Origin: Harriotta raleighana
Lineage: Eukaryota
Assembly (NCBI GenBank): GCA_050575255.1
Contig: JBNZDD010013545.1
Span: forward strand, 38,905-102,904
Direction: 5' to 3'
Length of the DNA stretch: 64,000 bases
In this document: positions 50,401 to 64,000 of the stretch, one piece after another
Layout: each line of letters begins with the position of its first letter
Numbering within the stretch: the stretch's first letter is position 1
The notes under the pieces: model-generated
Told to the model about the DNA's origin: nothing
What the model saw: only the letters and a program-made list of their open reading frames with translations
Database searches by the model: none
Translations under genes and position numbers: made by a program

Positions 50401-52026
50401 TTTGTCAGTTCCTTATTGCTGTGATTACAGTCAACTCTAAACACACCCCGAAAAAGAAAAAGCATGGGGGAAAGCAAGCCAAGCCCCCACCCCATCCCAG
50501 TGACTGGATGAAGAGAGAGGGGGCGAGGCCATCTGTAAACAGCTGGCAAAAGGGGGAAAAATGCCCAACTTCAGGGCAGGGAATGGATTAAAAAGCAGAA
50601 CTTGAAGAAATCCTGGATAACTTTTAAAATCAAGACAGCAAGCAGCAACTTGAAGTCGCTATTTTAGCTGCTTCTAGAAATAAATACAAAATTCCTGCCT
50701 TGGTTTCTAACTTGGATGTGTGTGTGTGTGTATAAGTGACTGAGAGACACAAGACAAGGCAGGGATAGATAATAGAGAGGAAAGGGAGTGAAAAGAGCTG
50801 AGCACACAATGAGTTGTGAAGTTTCTACTGAAAGTTTGCTAACTTTGTCAAAGTTTTTGCTAGTTTCTCTCCTGCTCACTACCCCTTCGGGGTGTTTGCC
50901 TGTGGATCAGACACAACCGAGAGACAGAGGAAAAGCCCTGAGATTGCTGTCTGCAGAGGTAAGTGAGTCTTTTGTCTTAACAAATATTTTTGGGGGAAAC
51001 AATACATTTATGATCCGAGTTTTTAATGCAGCAATCTTGTTTCTTTGTTCGTTTCACCGATTTTGTTTTGGAAAAACTAAAGTATTCGGTGTGTCAGTCA
51101 GTCAGTCGATTTTCTTCTAATAATTCTTATTACTATGATTATTATAACTATAATATGATAATCTTTATGTTTGAGTCAAAGGAATGAAACTAACCCACAC
51201 CCCCCCCTCCAAATTTCCTATTTCCTCAAAATAGCTGTTTAGCTTTTTTTTCAAAAAAATACTTTTTTTTAAAATATATATTTTTAACTACATTCTTATT
51301 TTTCTCAAACGCCTGACAGTCGCCAGACAGACAACGTGTTTACAAAGGTTTGTGGGGAAACTTTTTATTCCAGTCAATTCGAATTGGGGAATAACTAGGA
51401 TTTGCTAGATTTGCTCCAAGACGTTTTTTTCATCGTTCAATACATTCATTCCCCGAGTGTTGTAATTAAATATAGTGTATAGTATACATATATATATATA
51501 TATGCATATATATATTTTTTGACTCAGTGACACAGGGAAATTGCTGTCACTTGAAGACTTTTGTTTTGAAAGAAAATAAATCAACTCCCAATGGGTCAAA
51601 AATCCTTCTTTTGGACACTTATCATTGAGGATTCTGTGAATTATTAATCTCTCTCTCTCTCCCCTATCCACCCACCCCCACACACGCAGAGCCAGAGGGA
51701 CTCCTAAGATACAGTAAAGGTATTTGAGCAACTTACTGGAAAATTGGACTGGGAAGTAGAGTAATAAAATTATACAGATTTACTACCTAAGCAGTTTTGT
51801 AATTTAATAACTGCTCCTAATGCCAGCCCCTGGTACATAAAACACACCACTTCATTGTACTGTGTGTGCATCCTCATAATAATTATTAATGAGAATAACG
51901 ATCCTTGCATTTGATATAGCGCCTGATGAGCCATATCAAAGCGCTTCACAGAATATATCGTAAAGTTGGCTGACTGTTGCGTGGGCGAAAAGCGATTCCG
52001 CACAGCAGCGTCCCACAAAGAGACGC
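47423..52026. repeat. Apparently identical 2297-bp tandem duplication (47423-49719 / 49730-52026) across a 10-N gap; probable assembly artefact
   Basis: The ORF track repeats identically at offset 2307, and the copies abut the N run at 49720-49729. Confidence 0.9.
47430..47532 (+). mobile_element. CR1-type LINE 3' end (duplicate at about 49737-49839)
   Basis: GATGGGCCGAATGGCCTCCTTTTGTGCTG..ATTCTA is typical of CR1 3' termini. Similar remnants occur on the minus strand at about 1600-1680, 19995-20025 and 28250-28295. Confidence 0.65.
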
Positions 52027-55000
52027 AGTTTGTTTGGCCAGTTTAAAGCCTGATTCTGAAGGACATTGCCTCCCGACAATCCGGGGAGGGAGTGTCAACC
52101 TAGACACTCGAGCGCCAAACTGCGTTCAACGTCACTGATGTGAGGGCTTGAACCCATGACCTTTTAACTAGGGGTCAGTCGAGAGTTCTACCCACCAATT
52201 TTTTTTTCATGTGCACGATAGATAATCTGCACAGAAAAATGAGACATGTTTCTCTAGCAGCGGCGGCGGCAGTAATAAAAGAGCATTCATTGAGGATTAT
52301 TAATAACCTGTTGACAGAACTTCAAATTTCTTCATGTCGCAAATCAAATTGACTCTGCACTCTGTAATAAACTGCATGCCTCCTCTCATTGCTCCCAGCT
52401 CCGACTTGGTGGCTTTGTTGATCCCGCACGGGAGCGAGTAGGCAAAGGGGAGCGAGTTCAATGTGAACAAGCTTCTAATTAACTCACGGAGTCTGTGTGC
52501 ATTTAAAAGGGCGTTGCAGTGCCAATTTTAAAGCAAAGCTCTGGAACACTCTCCCTCTACCCCATCGCTTTGCCCCCTCCTTCCCCATCTTCAGGTCGCG
52601 TGTAAACCTTCCTCCTCGATCATTAATGCTACGTTAATACAGGCTGTTGCTGATATAATAGCCTGGTGGTTTAAAAACACCTTGCTAGAGATTCTGTCTC
52701 TATTTACTTCAATAATAATAATCCTTGCATTTGATATAGCAGCTTTTCACGTCTTCTAGATGCCTCAAAGCGCTTCATGGAACGTACTGCAAATTGAATT
52801 GACTGTAAATTTTGTGGGTACTGTTTTTTTTAAAGATAAATTGCAAAAGAAACCTGTGCTGGGGGTTGAATTAAACAGTGTTTAAGAATACTTACCTTGG
52901 GGATAGCACTTGGTATTTCCAATGGCCAGCTGAGGGCAGCTCTGAGGTTTGCTCCTACAGTATTATTGATGTTTAACCCCATAAACACTGATTGTTTCCC
53001 CGCACCCCATGTCATTAATGTATTTTTAACTGAGGGGAACTTACTATTAATAATTGAAAGTATTTATTCATTATAACAGTCCATCATGAGGGGTGGGGTT
53101 GTTAACCCTCAAGACAAATCCCTAAATGAATGGGAAGGGTGGTCCTAGCTGGACAAGCAGCGGGAAAGCTCGCCAGGTAGTGTTCTTAAGTAGGAAGCTT
53201 TTAGCTGGTTAACTTCAACAGTTAAACTCCCAACGTGCACTTACCCCCCTCCTCCCCCCTCCACCACCCCCTGCCCCCTTCAAGGCCTTACCAACCTAAG
53301 CCTCATACTGTCCAGAATTAGGTAACCCAAGAGGGTACATCATTGTGCGGGGAGAAGGATTGGAGAGAATGCGCATTCCAGGTACAAGCCAAAATCCAGA
53401 GTGTAGATGACATATGGGCATCTCATTCTGAGACACAATCCCGACATTTTATAATAAGCATTTTATTTATTTTTATCTCCCGCTCTCCCCCACCCCCCCC
53501 CCACCATTCCCTACGCTCCGCTTGTAATAATTACCTGGTGCTTTTTTTTCTCTTTCCTCCCAAAGGCATTCTTGGAAAAGTATGGCTACCTTGAACCCGG
53601 ATCTCGTGGTGGATTGAATTCTGCTGAGGTCAGAGAGGCAGTGAGGTGAGAAATGTTTGGGGAATACAAGGCGATGACAGCATCGTCAGCCAAATTATCA
53701 AAGGTCCAACTTGGTGGACGCAAGCTACTATAACTTTCATACAATTAAAGGGGCCTCTTATCGTGGGAGGCGGATGGGTGTGTGTGCGTGTGTGTATGTG
53801 TGGAGTGTGTGGTGGGGTAGGCAAGGAGGGGTGGGCAGGTGCCTAAAAAAAAAACATACAATTCAGAAATGTCAGCCTGGCTCAATCTGCCTCGCTCTCA
53901 CTCTGGGTCAGAGGCTTTATTGGGGGAAATCAGTCGTCAACACGAGTTGCAATCCACGTGGTTGCTCCAGCGCATGGCTGGGTGGGTGGGGTGAAGGAAT
54001 AGCACTGCATTGCTGTGCTGGCGCTGGGGTGGGGTATGGGGGGGGAGGGTGGTGGTTTGGGTTGCTGGGATTGAGAGCCTGCATTGCTAGAAGTGCTGCG
54101 CTTTGGTTGAGATGTTCAACCCATGTCCTGCTTTTCCTGTTCATCGGGACACAAAGAAGGGAGTTTTTTTTTTATCCCCTGGTACATATACTGGCCAACA
54201 ATCTCTCCCTCCCTCTCTCCCCCCTATCTCCCCCCATATAAATTGGCCATCCATCTTGCGGCAGACAATGTGGAACATGCGAACTGGCTGCCACGTTTGT
54301 CTTTCGAAGGCATCAATCAACACTCTTAACAACAAGGGTAAAGTGTTTTGAGATCTGTCAGTGTTAATAGACGCAGAAACATTTGTTATTGTACATTGAG
54401 TTTTTAAGAAAGAAATATGTAGGTTCTTGCTCCTTTGGTGAGAATTCAGATCGACTCCTAGAAATCCTGTAGCTCAGTGGTTAGAGCACTTGCCTTACGA
54501 GCCTTGAGATGTAGGTTCGAATCCAGGCAGGTCAGGGCAAAACCTTGGGCAAGTTTCCTTACTCCACTCACACATACACACACACACCTTCCAAAAAAAT
54601 AATAAAATTAGTCATTTCAATCCATGGCTGTTTGTGGGGATGCCGCTGTGGCTGCCGCATTTTGCCCACAAGTATGCAGTCAATTTGCTTTACAGTACAG
54701 TATATTCTGTGAAGTTCTTCGAGACGTCTAGAAAACGTGAAAACAAGTGTGGAAGACGTGAAAACACGTCTAGAAGACATGAATACGCATCTAGGAGACG
54801 TGAAAACGCGTCTAGAAGACGTGAAAAGTGCGACATCAAATGCAAGGATTATTATTATTATTAGTTCAACGAATTGAAAGAGGCCAAGACAAACTGAAAT
54901 CTGGGTAACGGCATAAGAGTTGGGAGAGGACGGAAATGTCCACTTCCAACCTCTCTCCCATCCTCCTCTGCTAAGTCACCAGCACGCATGCAAACAAAAA

Positions 55001-58000
55001 AAAACTCCCATCTATCATAACCTTGTTCAAGTTGAGACGAGTGTTTCGCTAACTGGTTAACCGGCTCTGACTACTACAGTGTGTGCTGTGCTGTCCGACG
55101 CCCATTCAGGATCGCTGAGCATGACTTGACATGATCACCGCATGCAATCATCGACTTCACAGACCAACCCGCAATCGTGCCATTAGTACCATAAGTCCAC
55201 GGAACTCCGGTGACAGATTAGGAGCGTTCCTTTCGCTCTTCCGCTCCGTTCGGCTAGACTTTATAGCGTCAGAAATACAGGCAACTCGATGAGTTATGCC
55301 TCCACACACACAAACACATGCACGCACTCACTCACTCAATCCCCTTTGGGTTTCCAATCCATTGCATGTAATGGACATCAACGGGAATCCATTTTCTCAA
55401 TCTTTTCTCCACACCATCCCCCTGTCCCACTCCATCTCTACCCCCCACCCCTGTTTTCCTCTCTAAATCCCCCCCCATCGCCACTCCCCCCACCCCCCAA
55501 ATAGAACATCTTGGATCTATAAGCAGGAAATTCCTCTTGCTTAACATCCTGCTTGGGGAATAATTAAGCCAGAGTTTTGAGATGTTTGTGAATTGCAGTA
55601 TCTCTTTGCTTGTGCGTGACCGAACATGGAAGAAATTTGCAAGCAATGAAATTGTGCAAAGGGGAACTTGCTGTGTGTTGAGCTGGACTTTGTTTACAAG
55701 GAATGGGTTGCATTGCGATGGAGTGGGGGGATGGGGGTGAGTTGGGTGGCAGGATCTCAAATCTTCTGAGAAGGCCAAGGATACCTGTCGTCAACATTGG
55801 GTGTCAGCCTAGCTCAGCTGGTCCTGTAGCACTCTCGGTATCGGAATCAAACAGGTCTGGAATCAAGTTAAATCTGTTCTTCCATCCCTTCTCACCCTCT
55901 CGCCGTCTATTCCCTGTTAAGGAGAACTTTAAAGATTCAAAAAGAAAAAGGGAGTTTCTCTCTCCTGGTGTCCTGATTGACAATTCCCCTCCACATACCC
56001 CCACCCCACTCACCCCCCCACTGCGATAAAGTCAGTTACTAATTTTACGCTATTCACGTGACTTCACTGCACCCAAATTGGCTGCCATGTTTGCCAACAC
56101 CTTGTTACTGGGGTGGATGGAATGGATGTCGGACAGCACATACTGTAGTCAGAGCCTTTAATGAGCGGCGATGTGAATTAGGAGATGATTAATATGACTT
56201 GTGCAAAGAAAGTAATGGAAGGAGTGGAGTGGGGTGAGGGTGGGGTAGAAAATCCTCACTCCCATCTTGAGTTGAGGTTACAATGGGGAAGAATCTTATC
56301 AGGTGCCAATGAAAGGGTGCATTTGTGCTCGCTCACTGTCTTTCTCTCTCTCTCTCTCTCTCTCTTGGGGGCTTGTCCCAGGGAGTTCCAGTGGATTTCC
56401 CACCTCCCGGTGAGCGGAGACCTGGATGAGAACACAGTGAGGCGGATGGCCGAACCTCGTTGCGGAGTCAAGGACACGAGGAGTCGTGGGATCTGGGGAG
56501 AGCATGTGAAGGACATTCTGTTGGGGCAAGGCGGTAAACCAAGGCGTGTCAAACGTTACTCCTCACAAGGTGAGCGAAGGCGGATATATATATATTGTAA
56601 AGTTTTTATTTTCCTCTCTTCCCCGGCTTCTGACTTGACAACCTCCCTCTGTGAAACACAAGCATTGAGACATCCTTCCGACATAAAATAATTGTGGCGT
56701 TACTCCAATAACAACGATAGTTATAATATAATAATTAGAATCCTTGCATTTGATACAACAACAACTTGTATTGTGCCTTTAATGTCAGGAAGACGTCATA
56801 AGGTGACGGAATGAATTGACTGTGTATTTGTGGGCAAAACACAGCAGCTAATTGCACACAGCAGTGTCCCCAGAAATAGTCGTGGATTGAAATGACCAAT
56901 TTATTATTGTTTTTTTTTCGGGGTGGGGGAGGGATTAGGCGTGCGGAGTAAGTCTCCAAAGTGCTTCGCGGAATACACTCTTAAAGTGAATTTAAAGTAC
57001 GTTTGGTGGGCAAAACAAACATAGGAGACCTCGCGGAAGTCAACAACAATAACAACAACTTTGATTTATTTAATAACCCACAAAGTACCAATTTCCCTCC
57101 CCCTCCTGGAATGCAAGAACGTGAAATCTGTGCACAGTCCACAGCTCCCCTTGACAGCTCAACATTGCACTTAAACATAATTTTTTTTAAAAAAACTTTC
57201 CAAATCACCTCACGCAAGATTCCACCTGTCAGCATCACCAGGACAGACATGTCTTAGCCTGTAAACATGCTGTATGTAGCCTCGGGCTCCTGCGGTGACT
57301 GATGCACAGTTGCCTCCCTCCCCCACTCCTCCCCCCTGGGCAACGCTTGCATTTTTTACCTTTTGACCCAAACGGGGAGTAATTAATGGGAAATATGTTC
57401 AATGTTTGCTGAGAGCTGGCAGCGAGGGTGATGTGTGGCCTTGGAACGAGTTCCTGCTTAGCGTTCCCGGTCACAGTTAAAGAACGTGAGAAAATATTGG
57501 GTGTACAGGGATTTGGGTATCCCCCTCTCTTTCTCTATTTGTTTCTCTCTCCCTCTCTCCCCTCTTTACTTTTCTTTCTATTTTCTTGCATTCCCTTTTT
57601 TTTTTTAGGTTTTTTTTAACATTCCTTTTGTTTTTTATCTTTGAGTGTGTATGTTGCACTGTATCTCTCTATTTCTGGTATGTGCGTGTGTGTAAATTTT
57701 TTTCCCTCTATTTAAATGTGTTTGTGTTCTCTTTGTCTCTCTCAATTTTTTTCTCTTTCTGCGTACGATTTTTTTTTTCTCACTCTCCCTCGCGCGCTCT
57801 TTGTTTCTGTGTGTTTTTTGTTTTCTCTGTCGCTTTCTGTCTGTCTCCCCTGTCACTCTTTCGCTGTCGCTCTGGGAATACAGCCTGGGAATGTCGGAGC
57901 CGGGCATCCATGGGAAGTGTTGGAGAGGATGTCTGCGGTCCCTGTTTTGCAACGATTAGCGATGGCTCGGGAATTGCTAGGTCGACAGAAGTCACTTCCT

Positions 58001-61000
58001 AAACCAGAGCGTTGGAATACACACACACACACAACTGTGAACGATTGTGTCTGAAGCCAAGAGAGTGACCTGTTTGCACACGAGATTCTGTCCGTAAAGT
58101 ACACATTCGCAGTATATCCTGTGAAGTGCTTTGATGCGTCTCAACGATGTGATAAGACGCGATAACAATAATCATTGAACAAAGTAAGGGCATTTTGAAA
58201 AAACAATGATAATTTGGTCACATCAATGCATGACTGTTTATGGGGACACTGCTGTGCTCAATTGGCTGCCCACAAAATATATACAGGCAATCCACTTTTA
58301 CAGTATATTCTGTGAAGCGCTTTGAGATGTCTAGATGTGAAAAAGCTCTAATATCAAATGCAAAGATTTTTTTATTATTAATTATATCAAATACAAAAAT
58401 GGATTATTATTATACAGTCATATTATTATTATACAGTTCTCCCATCCCCCAGATTGATGTGTTTCCACTCTTCACCTTTCTGTCTAAACAGACGCCCGGG
58501 TCACTTGACGTAAATGAATGTCTTATCAGACCTAGTAACGTCTTCCTTCCCTTTCCTGCCGCCACCCAGCTTTCTCCTCTGTAATTATTGGCCCGCAGAA
58601 CGCTGCTCGCAATCCTCTGAGAATCCACAACCGCTCACCACCATCCCCCAGCCCCCACCTCCCTCCCCAAATCCCCCACCTCACCCCCCCACTGTGGTGA
58701 CGCAGAATTCTACAGCTTAATAAAATTAAGTCATAAAATGTAACATATCTAATACGAGGATCTAATGCTGTCAATGTCCTGGCTACATTCATTGATGCAC
58801 GTACTGCCTAATTCAGCATTTGCACTCACATTTGCACTCAGTCTCGCACTAACACACACACTCACACACACTCACTCGCTCACTGGGATGAGAGCGACTT
58901 GTTTTGTTTCTGCGTAATTTAAAGCTAACTATCCTCGGAGGGAACGGCTGTGCTGGGAGGAGGAGAGGAGGTCAGGGAGGTTTCCCTGGAGCTCAGCTGG
59001 CTCCGAGGAGACACGCCTGACATGTAAACATTGTTGTTTAATGTATAATTTACCCCCCCCCCACCAACACCCCGCCTCCTCTTTCCCCGTCCCCCTCACT
59101 ACCTCACTGGGGTTAAATTGTGTTGCGAATGTGCTCAATATTAGCCCTTTGAATGTGATGTATTGCCTTAGAAGGTCATCAAGATGTCTCATAGAACTTC
59201 ACAAGATATACTGTAAAGCAGAGTGACTGTGTATTTTGAGGGTGAAACGAAGCAGTCAGTTACGTACAGTAATGTGCCACGGTTTCTGTGCTGGCGTCCT
59301 GCCTGATAATCTCCCTCTGCCTCCTCCCCAAACGCCCCCTCCCCCTCCCCCCCCTCCCCCCCCCCCGNCTCCCCCCCCCCCCCCCCCCCCCGATACAATG
59401 GCTCATTCACCTCGAGGCTGTTTAGGGAGCGTTACTGAGTGCAAATTGCGTTTGCCTAAACAATATGCGATCGCTGGCCTTAATCACAGTCATTACCAGG
59501 AAAACATTTGAGAGACTTTTGACGCCGTATGGAATCCATGGCTGGTTGTGTAGTGGATCTGCCCTGCCCGAGCCTAGCCCAAGGCTGCCCCTGGCCGAAC
59601 AGGCTGGAGTGGCTGAATGACCTCCTCCTATTCCCGTCCCATCCCGCGCCAAAGTCTCTCTCTGACTGACCACCTGACCTCTCCCCACACACCAGGGGAA
59701 AAGTGGTACCGCCACCACCTCACGTACAAGATCATTAACTGGCCGCGATACCTGGAGCCCGGCCGAGTCAGGGCTGCTGTCAAGACGGCCTTCGAGCTGT
59801 GGAGCAATGTCTCATCGCTGAGTTTCTGGGAGGCTCCAGCCGGTGCCCCGGCCGATATCCGGTTGGCGTTTTACCAGGGCGAGCACAACGACGGCATCGG
59901 CAACGCCTTTGATGGCCCAGGTATTTAAGTCACTCAGAGATCCTAAATCACGCTGAGAGGCGCTATATAAATGCGCGTTGTTGGTGGCTGGCTACTGCCT
60001 GGATATATGCTTCACCCACCTTCCCTGGGAGTATTGGAGGAAGGTTAGGGAAGAAGAGATGGGGAGAAGAGGTAATAGAGATTGGAAAAGGGGAGGGAAG
60101 TTGGGAGGGGATGCAGGTTGGAGGGGAGGGGCATGGGGAAAGGGGAGAGAGGTTGGGTAGAGGAAGTGTATATGCAATGGCTGGAGAGAATGGGGAAAGG
60201 GGATTGGGGAAGAGGGGTTGGGGAAGGGGAGGGAGGTGAGGGTTGGAGGGAATGCTGAGAGGGGAGAGAGGTTAGGTCGAGGGAGGGGATATGAATTGGG
60301 AAGGAGATTATGGAAGAGAGGTTGGGGAAGGGGAGGGAGGTGTGATGAGGGGAAATGGGGAAAGTAGATCAGGGGAGAGTTGGGGAAAGGAGTTTGTGTG
60401 GGAGGTTGGAGGGAAGGAAGAAGGTTGCGAGAGGGATGGAGAAGGGAGGAGATGGGGAAAATACCCCAGTCTGGCTGCTCACGTTTTCCCCCTCTTGACC
60501 CCNCCCCCCCCCCCCCCCACCCCCCACTCACCTCCAGGTGGGGCGCTGGCTCACGCCTTCTTCCCCCGGCGGGGGGAGGCCCACTTCGACAATGACGAGC
60601 GGTGGTCGCTGAACCGCGGCAAAGGCCGGAACCTGTTCATCGTAACAGCCCACGAGATCGGACACACCCTGGGGCTCGAACACTCGCCAGTCAGGAACGC
60701 TCTCATGTCACCATTTTACAAGAAGCTGGGCCGAGATTTCCTACTGAGCTGGGATGATACGATGGCGATTCAGAAGCTATATGGTGAGCTCCCCCGACCC
60801 ACCTCTCCCCCCGACCCACGTCCCCCCCTCCACTCTAAGGAGTCCCGTAGCCTAGTAGTTAGAGCTCTCACCCGGCAAGCGAGAGAACCTGGGTTCGATT
60901 TCCCCGGGCAAGGCGAAACCTTAGGCAAGTTTCCATACTCTACACATGCGACTCTGTTTAATAATAATAATCCTTGCATTTGATGTAGTGCTTTTCACAT

Positions 61001-63630
61001 CTTATCGATGTCTCAAAGTCCTACACTGTAAGGTGAATTGACTGTATATTTGTGGGCGAAATGCGGCAGCCAATTGCGCACAGCAGTGACCCACAAACAG
61101 TCGTGGATTGAAACTGACCCATTTAATAATAGTGGGGTTTTTTGAGGGATTATTATTAGGCATGTGTGTGTGTGTGTGTGGAGTAAGGAAACTTTCCCAA
61201 GGTTTCGCCCTGAGCTGCCTGGATTCGAACACTGGTCTCGCGCTTGTAAGGCAAGTGCTCTAGCCACTGCTCTGGCTACAGGAGCTCCACAATGTTTACC
61301 TAACAGGCAGTAGGAACCTGGTTGTTAGTTGATTAATGGATTTCTTTCTGGGGTAACAATCTCTCCCCCCACCACCACTCCACCACCCCCCCCCCCAAAA
61401 AAATTATAATTTGGTCATTCTGTTTGTCTTGCTGGTGTGTGGAGTTGAGGAGGTGGAGAGGAAAGGGGTCAGTCACTGAACGCAGACACGATCTGCAGAG
61501 GAATAAGATAAACGAGAGCATTTACGGGTGAGCGATAATAAAGCTTGCCCCCCCACCCCACCCCATCACATTCCTCTCACCGCCCCCCACTCCCTGGAGC
61601 TTGGCTACACACAATAACCTGTGGTTGGCACTGATTCAGCGCATAAAAATCTCAGCCCGATCTACAGTGTGTCCAATTCCCTCTGAAGCCTTTTATGGAC
61701 CAATGTTTCAGACTAACATTCTGCAGCCTAATAACCGTGTGTGTGTGTGTCTGTGTGTGTGGTGTGTGTGATTTTTACAAAAAAAATCTCTTCCCTTTGT
61801 TTCCTCTTAACTAATAATCATTAATTACTGAGTCACTGGCCAGTCAGTGAGTCAATCCCCTCTGGTGGTGGGGGTGGTGGGAACTGGTGGGAGACACTAA
61901 AATTGGGTCCCATTTGTGCCTTGTGCCTTATTAATTTAAATAGATAAGGATTTTCTCACTAGCCCCCAATCCCCCCACAACCCCAAGATAAAATCACTCA
62001 TTGGCTTTATTTCATGGCTGTTTGCATGTGGGGTTCTGCTGTGTGCAAACTTTGCCTGACGAAACCCTCACTGCCTAGGCTTTGGGAGAAAGTGCTTTGA
62101 GATGTCTTCTTTAGGATGGGAAAGGCTTTGTACATACACATACATCCTCAACCCAGTCACTCAAACTGCAAACAGACACCATTGCCATTCAGAATGTTTT
62201 CTAGTCTTAAATTTGAAGCATCAGAAGTCAATTGGAAAGGACTGCGGGAAGGATGGCATTGGGGGAGATGAACATTTGTCCACACACACATACGCCCCCC
62301 CCCATTCCCTGCCCACCCCACAGTGAAAGAGAGACTGTCACTTTAGGAATTTGCAACTCAAGCCAAAATTCCAGGAGATTAGAACTAAATTGCTCCTGAA
62401 TTACCAGCCTGAGATGCCAGATTAGACCGGACCTCAGATAAGGCTGTGTTCATGGCCTGCGGAAGGCTACGTGCTTGTGGCCTCTGCTTTGGGATGTCTT
62501 CCAGGCGTGAACTGCGCTGTACAAATGTATGTTGTTGTTGTTGTGGCTCATCATCCAGACTCCTGCTCAACAGGGTGCATGTGGTAGAGACAGCATCCCG
62601 CCCTCCCCCCCCCCCCCCAATACAGACAGCTCCATATCTCCTCCATTTATAGTTCCTGGGATCATTGGTCTTGGGGGTGTAGTGGTTAGCGCGCTCGCCT
62701 CGCAATCGAGAGGACTTGGGTTAGAGTCTCGGGTGGGTGGGTGGCGTGGGTCTGGGTGGTGTGGGTGTGGGCAGGGCAAACCTGAGCGACCAGCCTGGGA
62801 AGAGAAGAACAGTATCATTCCGTCTGCCGCATTTCAGGGAAACCGTTCGGAGGCTCGGCCGTCCAGCTGCCGATGGAGTTACTGCCATCATTCCAGGAAC
62901 TGGAGGAGCACAGCCATCCCGGCGTTCCCTCGGGAAGCCCCTCGTACTGCCGGACCCAGTTTGACACCCTGACCATGGGTAAGGTCTTGCTCGCTCGCTC
63001 GCTCGCTCGTTCGCTCACCCATTACAGGCGGCAACGAGTCCACACTTATCCCATTCCTACCTTCCTTCCGCAGTCTGTTTCTGTCTCCCTCCCCACCACA
63101 CACCCGCCTATCCCTCTCTTCGGGACTCCCATCTTGTAGTCTCTCCAACTTCCTTCCTCCCTACCCCACCCCTGCCTCGAGATATAGCTCTTTGATGTAC
63201 CTTTCGCAGGCTCCCTCACACTAGTGTGAAAAGGCGCCCAGTGAATCTTACACGAGATACAATGTGATAATGGCAAGGATCATTATTATTATTATTATGG
63301 CTTCACACACTGACTCTCCTCCCTCTCTCCCCAACTCGCCCACGAATATCAAATCACTTTGCAGTATATGTTCTGTGAAGCTTTGAGATGTCGATAAGGT
63401 GTGAAAAGCGCTATAGCAAATGCAAGGATTATTATTATTATATATCTCTCTCTCTCTCGCAGATCTGAAGGAAAACATTTATATATTCAGGGGGGGAGAC
63501 TACTGGGTGGTCTCGAAGGCGGGTAGTGTCAGAGGACCCCTGTCCCTGAGGGAGGGCTGGCCCGGGCTGCCCACCTCCATCGAGGCCGCCGCTGTGTCGG
63601 AGAGAGAAGGAAAATTCTACTTTTTCAGAG
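50809..63630 (+). CDS. MMP28: Matrix metalloproteinase 28 (epilysin), exons 1-7; last exon beyond the window
   Basis: Exons 50809-50958 (duplicate copy at 48502-48651), 53566-53645, 56382-56569, 59696-59920, 60538-60783, 62838-62978, 63463-63630, all in phase. Features: signal-peptide-like start, AFLEKYGYL, cysteine switch PRCGVKD, furin site [40 protein letters not shown], zinc site [11 protein letters not shown], Met-turn ALMSP, and hemopexin start YC..FD..YIFRG..WPGLP. Confidence 0.95.
54462..54862 (+). mobile_element. Deu-domain SINE with an internal 5 x 21-bp tandem expansion (54725-54829)
   Basis: Full head and core; tail unit CGTCTAGAAGACGTGAAAACA repeated five times. Confidence 0.88.
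57525..57870. repeat. T/C-rich low-complexity tract in MMP28 intron 3
   Basis: Long pyrimidine-rich TTTC/TCTC/TGTT runs. Confidence 0.8.
60035..60460. repeat. Purine/G-rich low-complexity tract in MMP28 intron 4
   Basis: Many GGG(A/G) runs with very few C. Confidence 0.8.
60840..61287. mobile_element. Inverted SINE pair in MMP28 intron 5: plus-strand head (about 60840-60955) and full minus-strand copy (about 60960-61287)
   Basis: Family motifs in opposite orientations, directly adjacent. Confidence 0.85.
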
Positions 63631-64000
63631 GTAAGAGTGTTGAGACATCAACTTGGCTCCATCACTCGGTCAGTCTGTGTCTCTCTGCATCGAGTCAGGA
63701 GGTTGTGGATTCGAACCCCTACGTTGGAGTGGGGGGGGGCGGCTGACATTGCAGTACATTGCCTTAGGTTGCCTTAGGTGCCTTCCCTAAGACATTTCGC
63801 CCCATGAAACACTCGGTCAATTTGCTTTATAGTCTATCCCGTGACATGCTTTGAGTCATCTGAACGATGCGATACAGCGTTATATCCTTGTACTGTACAA
63901 GGATTATTATTAATATTAAGATGTTATTAAGACTTAAGGTACAGATCTGATATTATTAAATGGCTTAATGCTATAATAGGTTACAGCTTCTATGTGTCAC

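Noticed and set aside
47423-52026. Apparent tandem duplication of the MMP28 promoter and exon 1 (alternative first exons)
   Set aside because: The copies look identical and meet exactly at a 10-N scaffold gap, typical of unmerged overlapping contig ends. Read depth or long reads would settle it.

Overview
Eukaryotic (vertebrate) genomic DNA, not prokaryotic. A cartilaginous fish, probably a holocephalan, is inferred from the abundant tRNA-headed Deu-domain SINE and the protein divergence. Most ORF-track entries are spurious; the real genes are spliced and were rebuilt by hand from splice sites and reading-frame phase. Left to right: (1) a CYP2-family P450 (CYP2D/2J-like) on the minus strand, exons 1-6, continuing off the left edge; (2) an intronless, intact MAPRE/EB-family gene on the minus strand with its own TATA box and poly(A) signal, probably a retrogene; (3) RHBDD2 on the minus strand, 4 exons, whose intron 2 is a U12-type (minor spliceosome) intron and whose promoter has an RFX X-box; (4) TAF15 (FET family) on the plus strand, head-to-head with RHBDD2, 16 coding exons, about 440 aa, with a short C-terminal RGG region; (5) MMP28 on the plus strand, exons 1-7, continuing off the right edge. 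There are many SINE copies, CR1 3' ends, a hAT MITE, two minisatellites, and several assembly-artefact duplications flanking N gaps, including 2.3 kb that duplicates MMP28 exon 1. I found no convincing novel biological system. The best leads are the EB retrogene, the U12 intron, the RHBDD2-TAF15 divergent pair mirroring human RHBDD3-EWSR1, and a FUS-like NMD cassette exon in TAF15.
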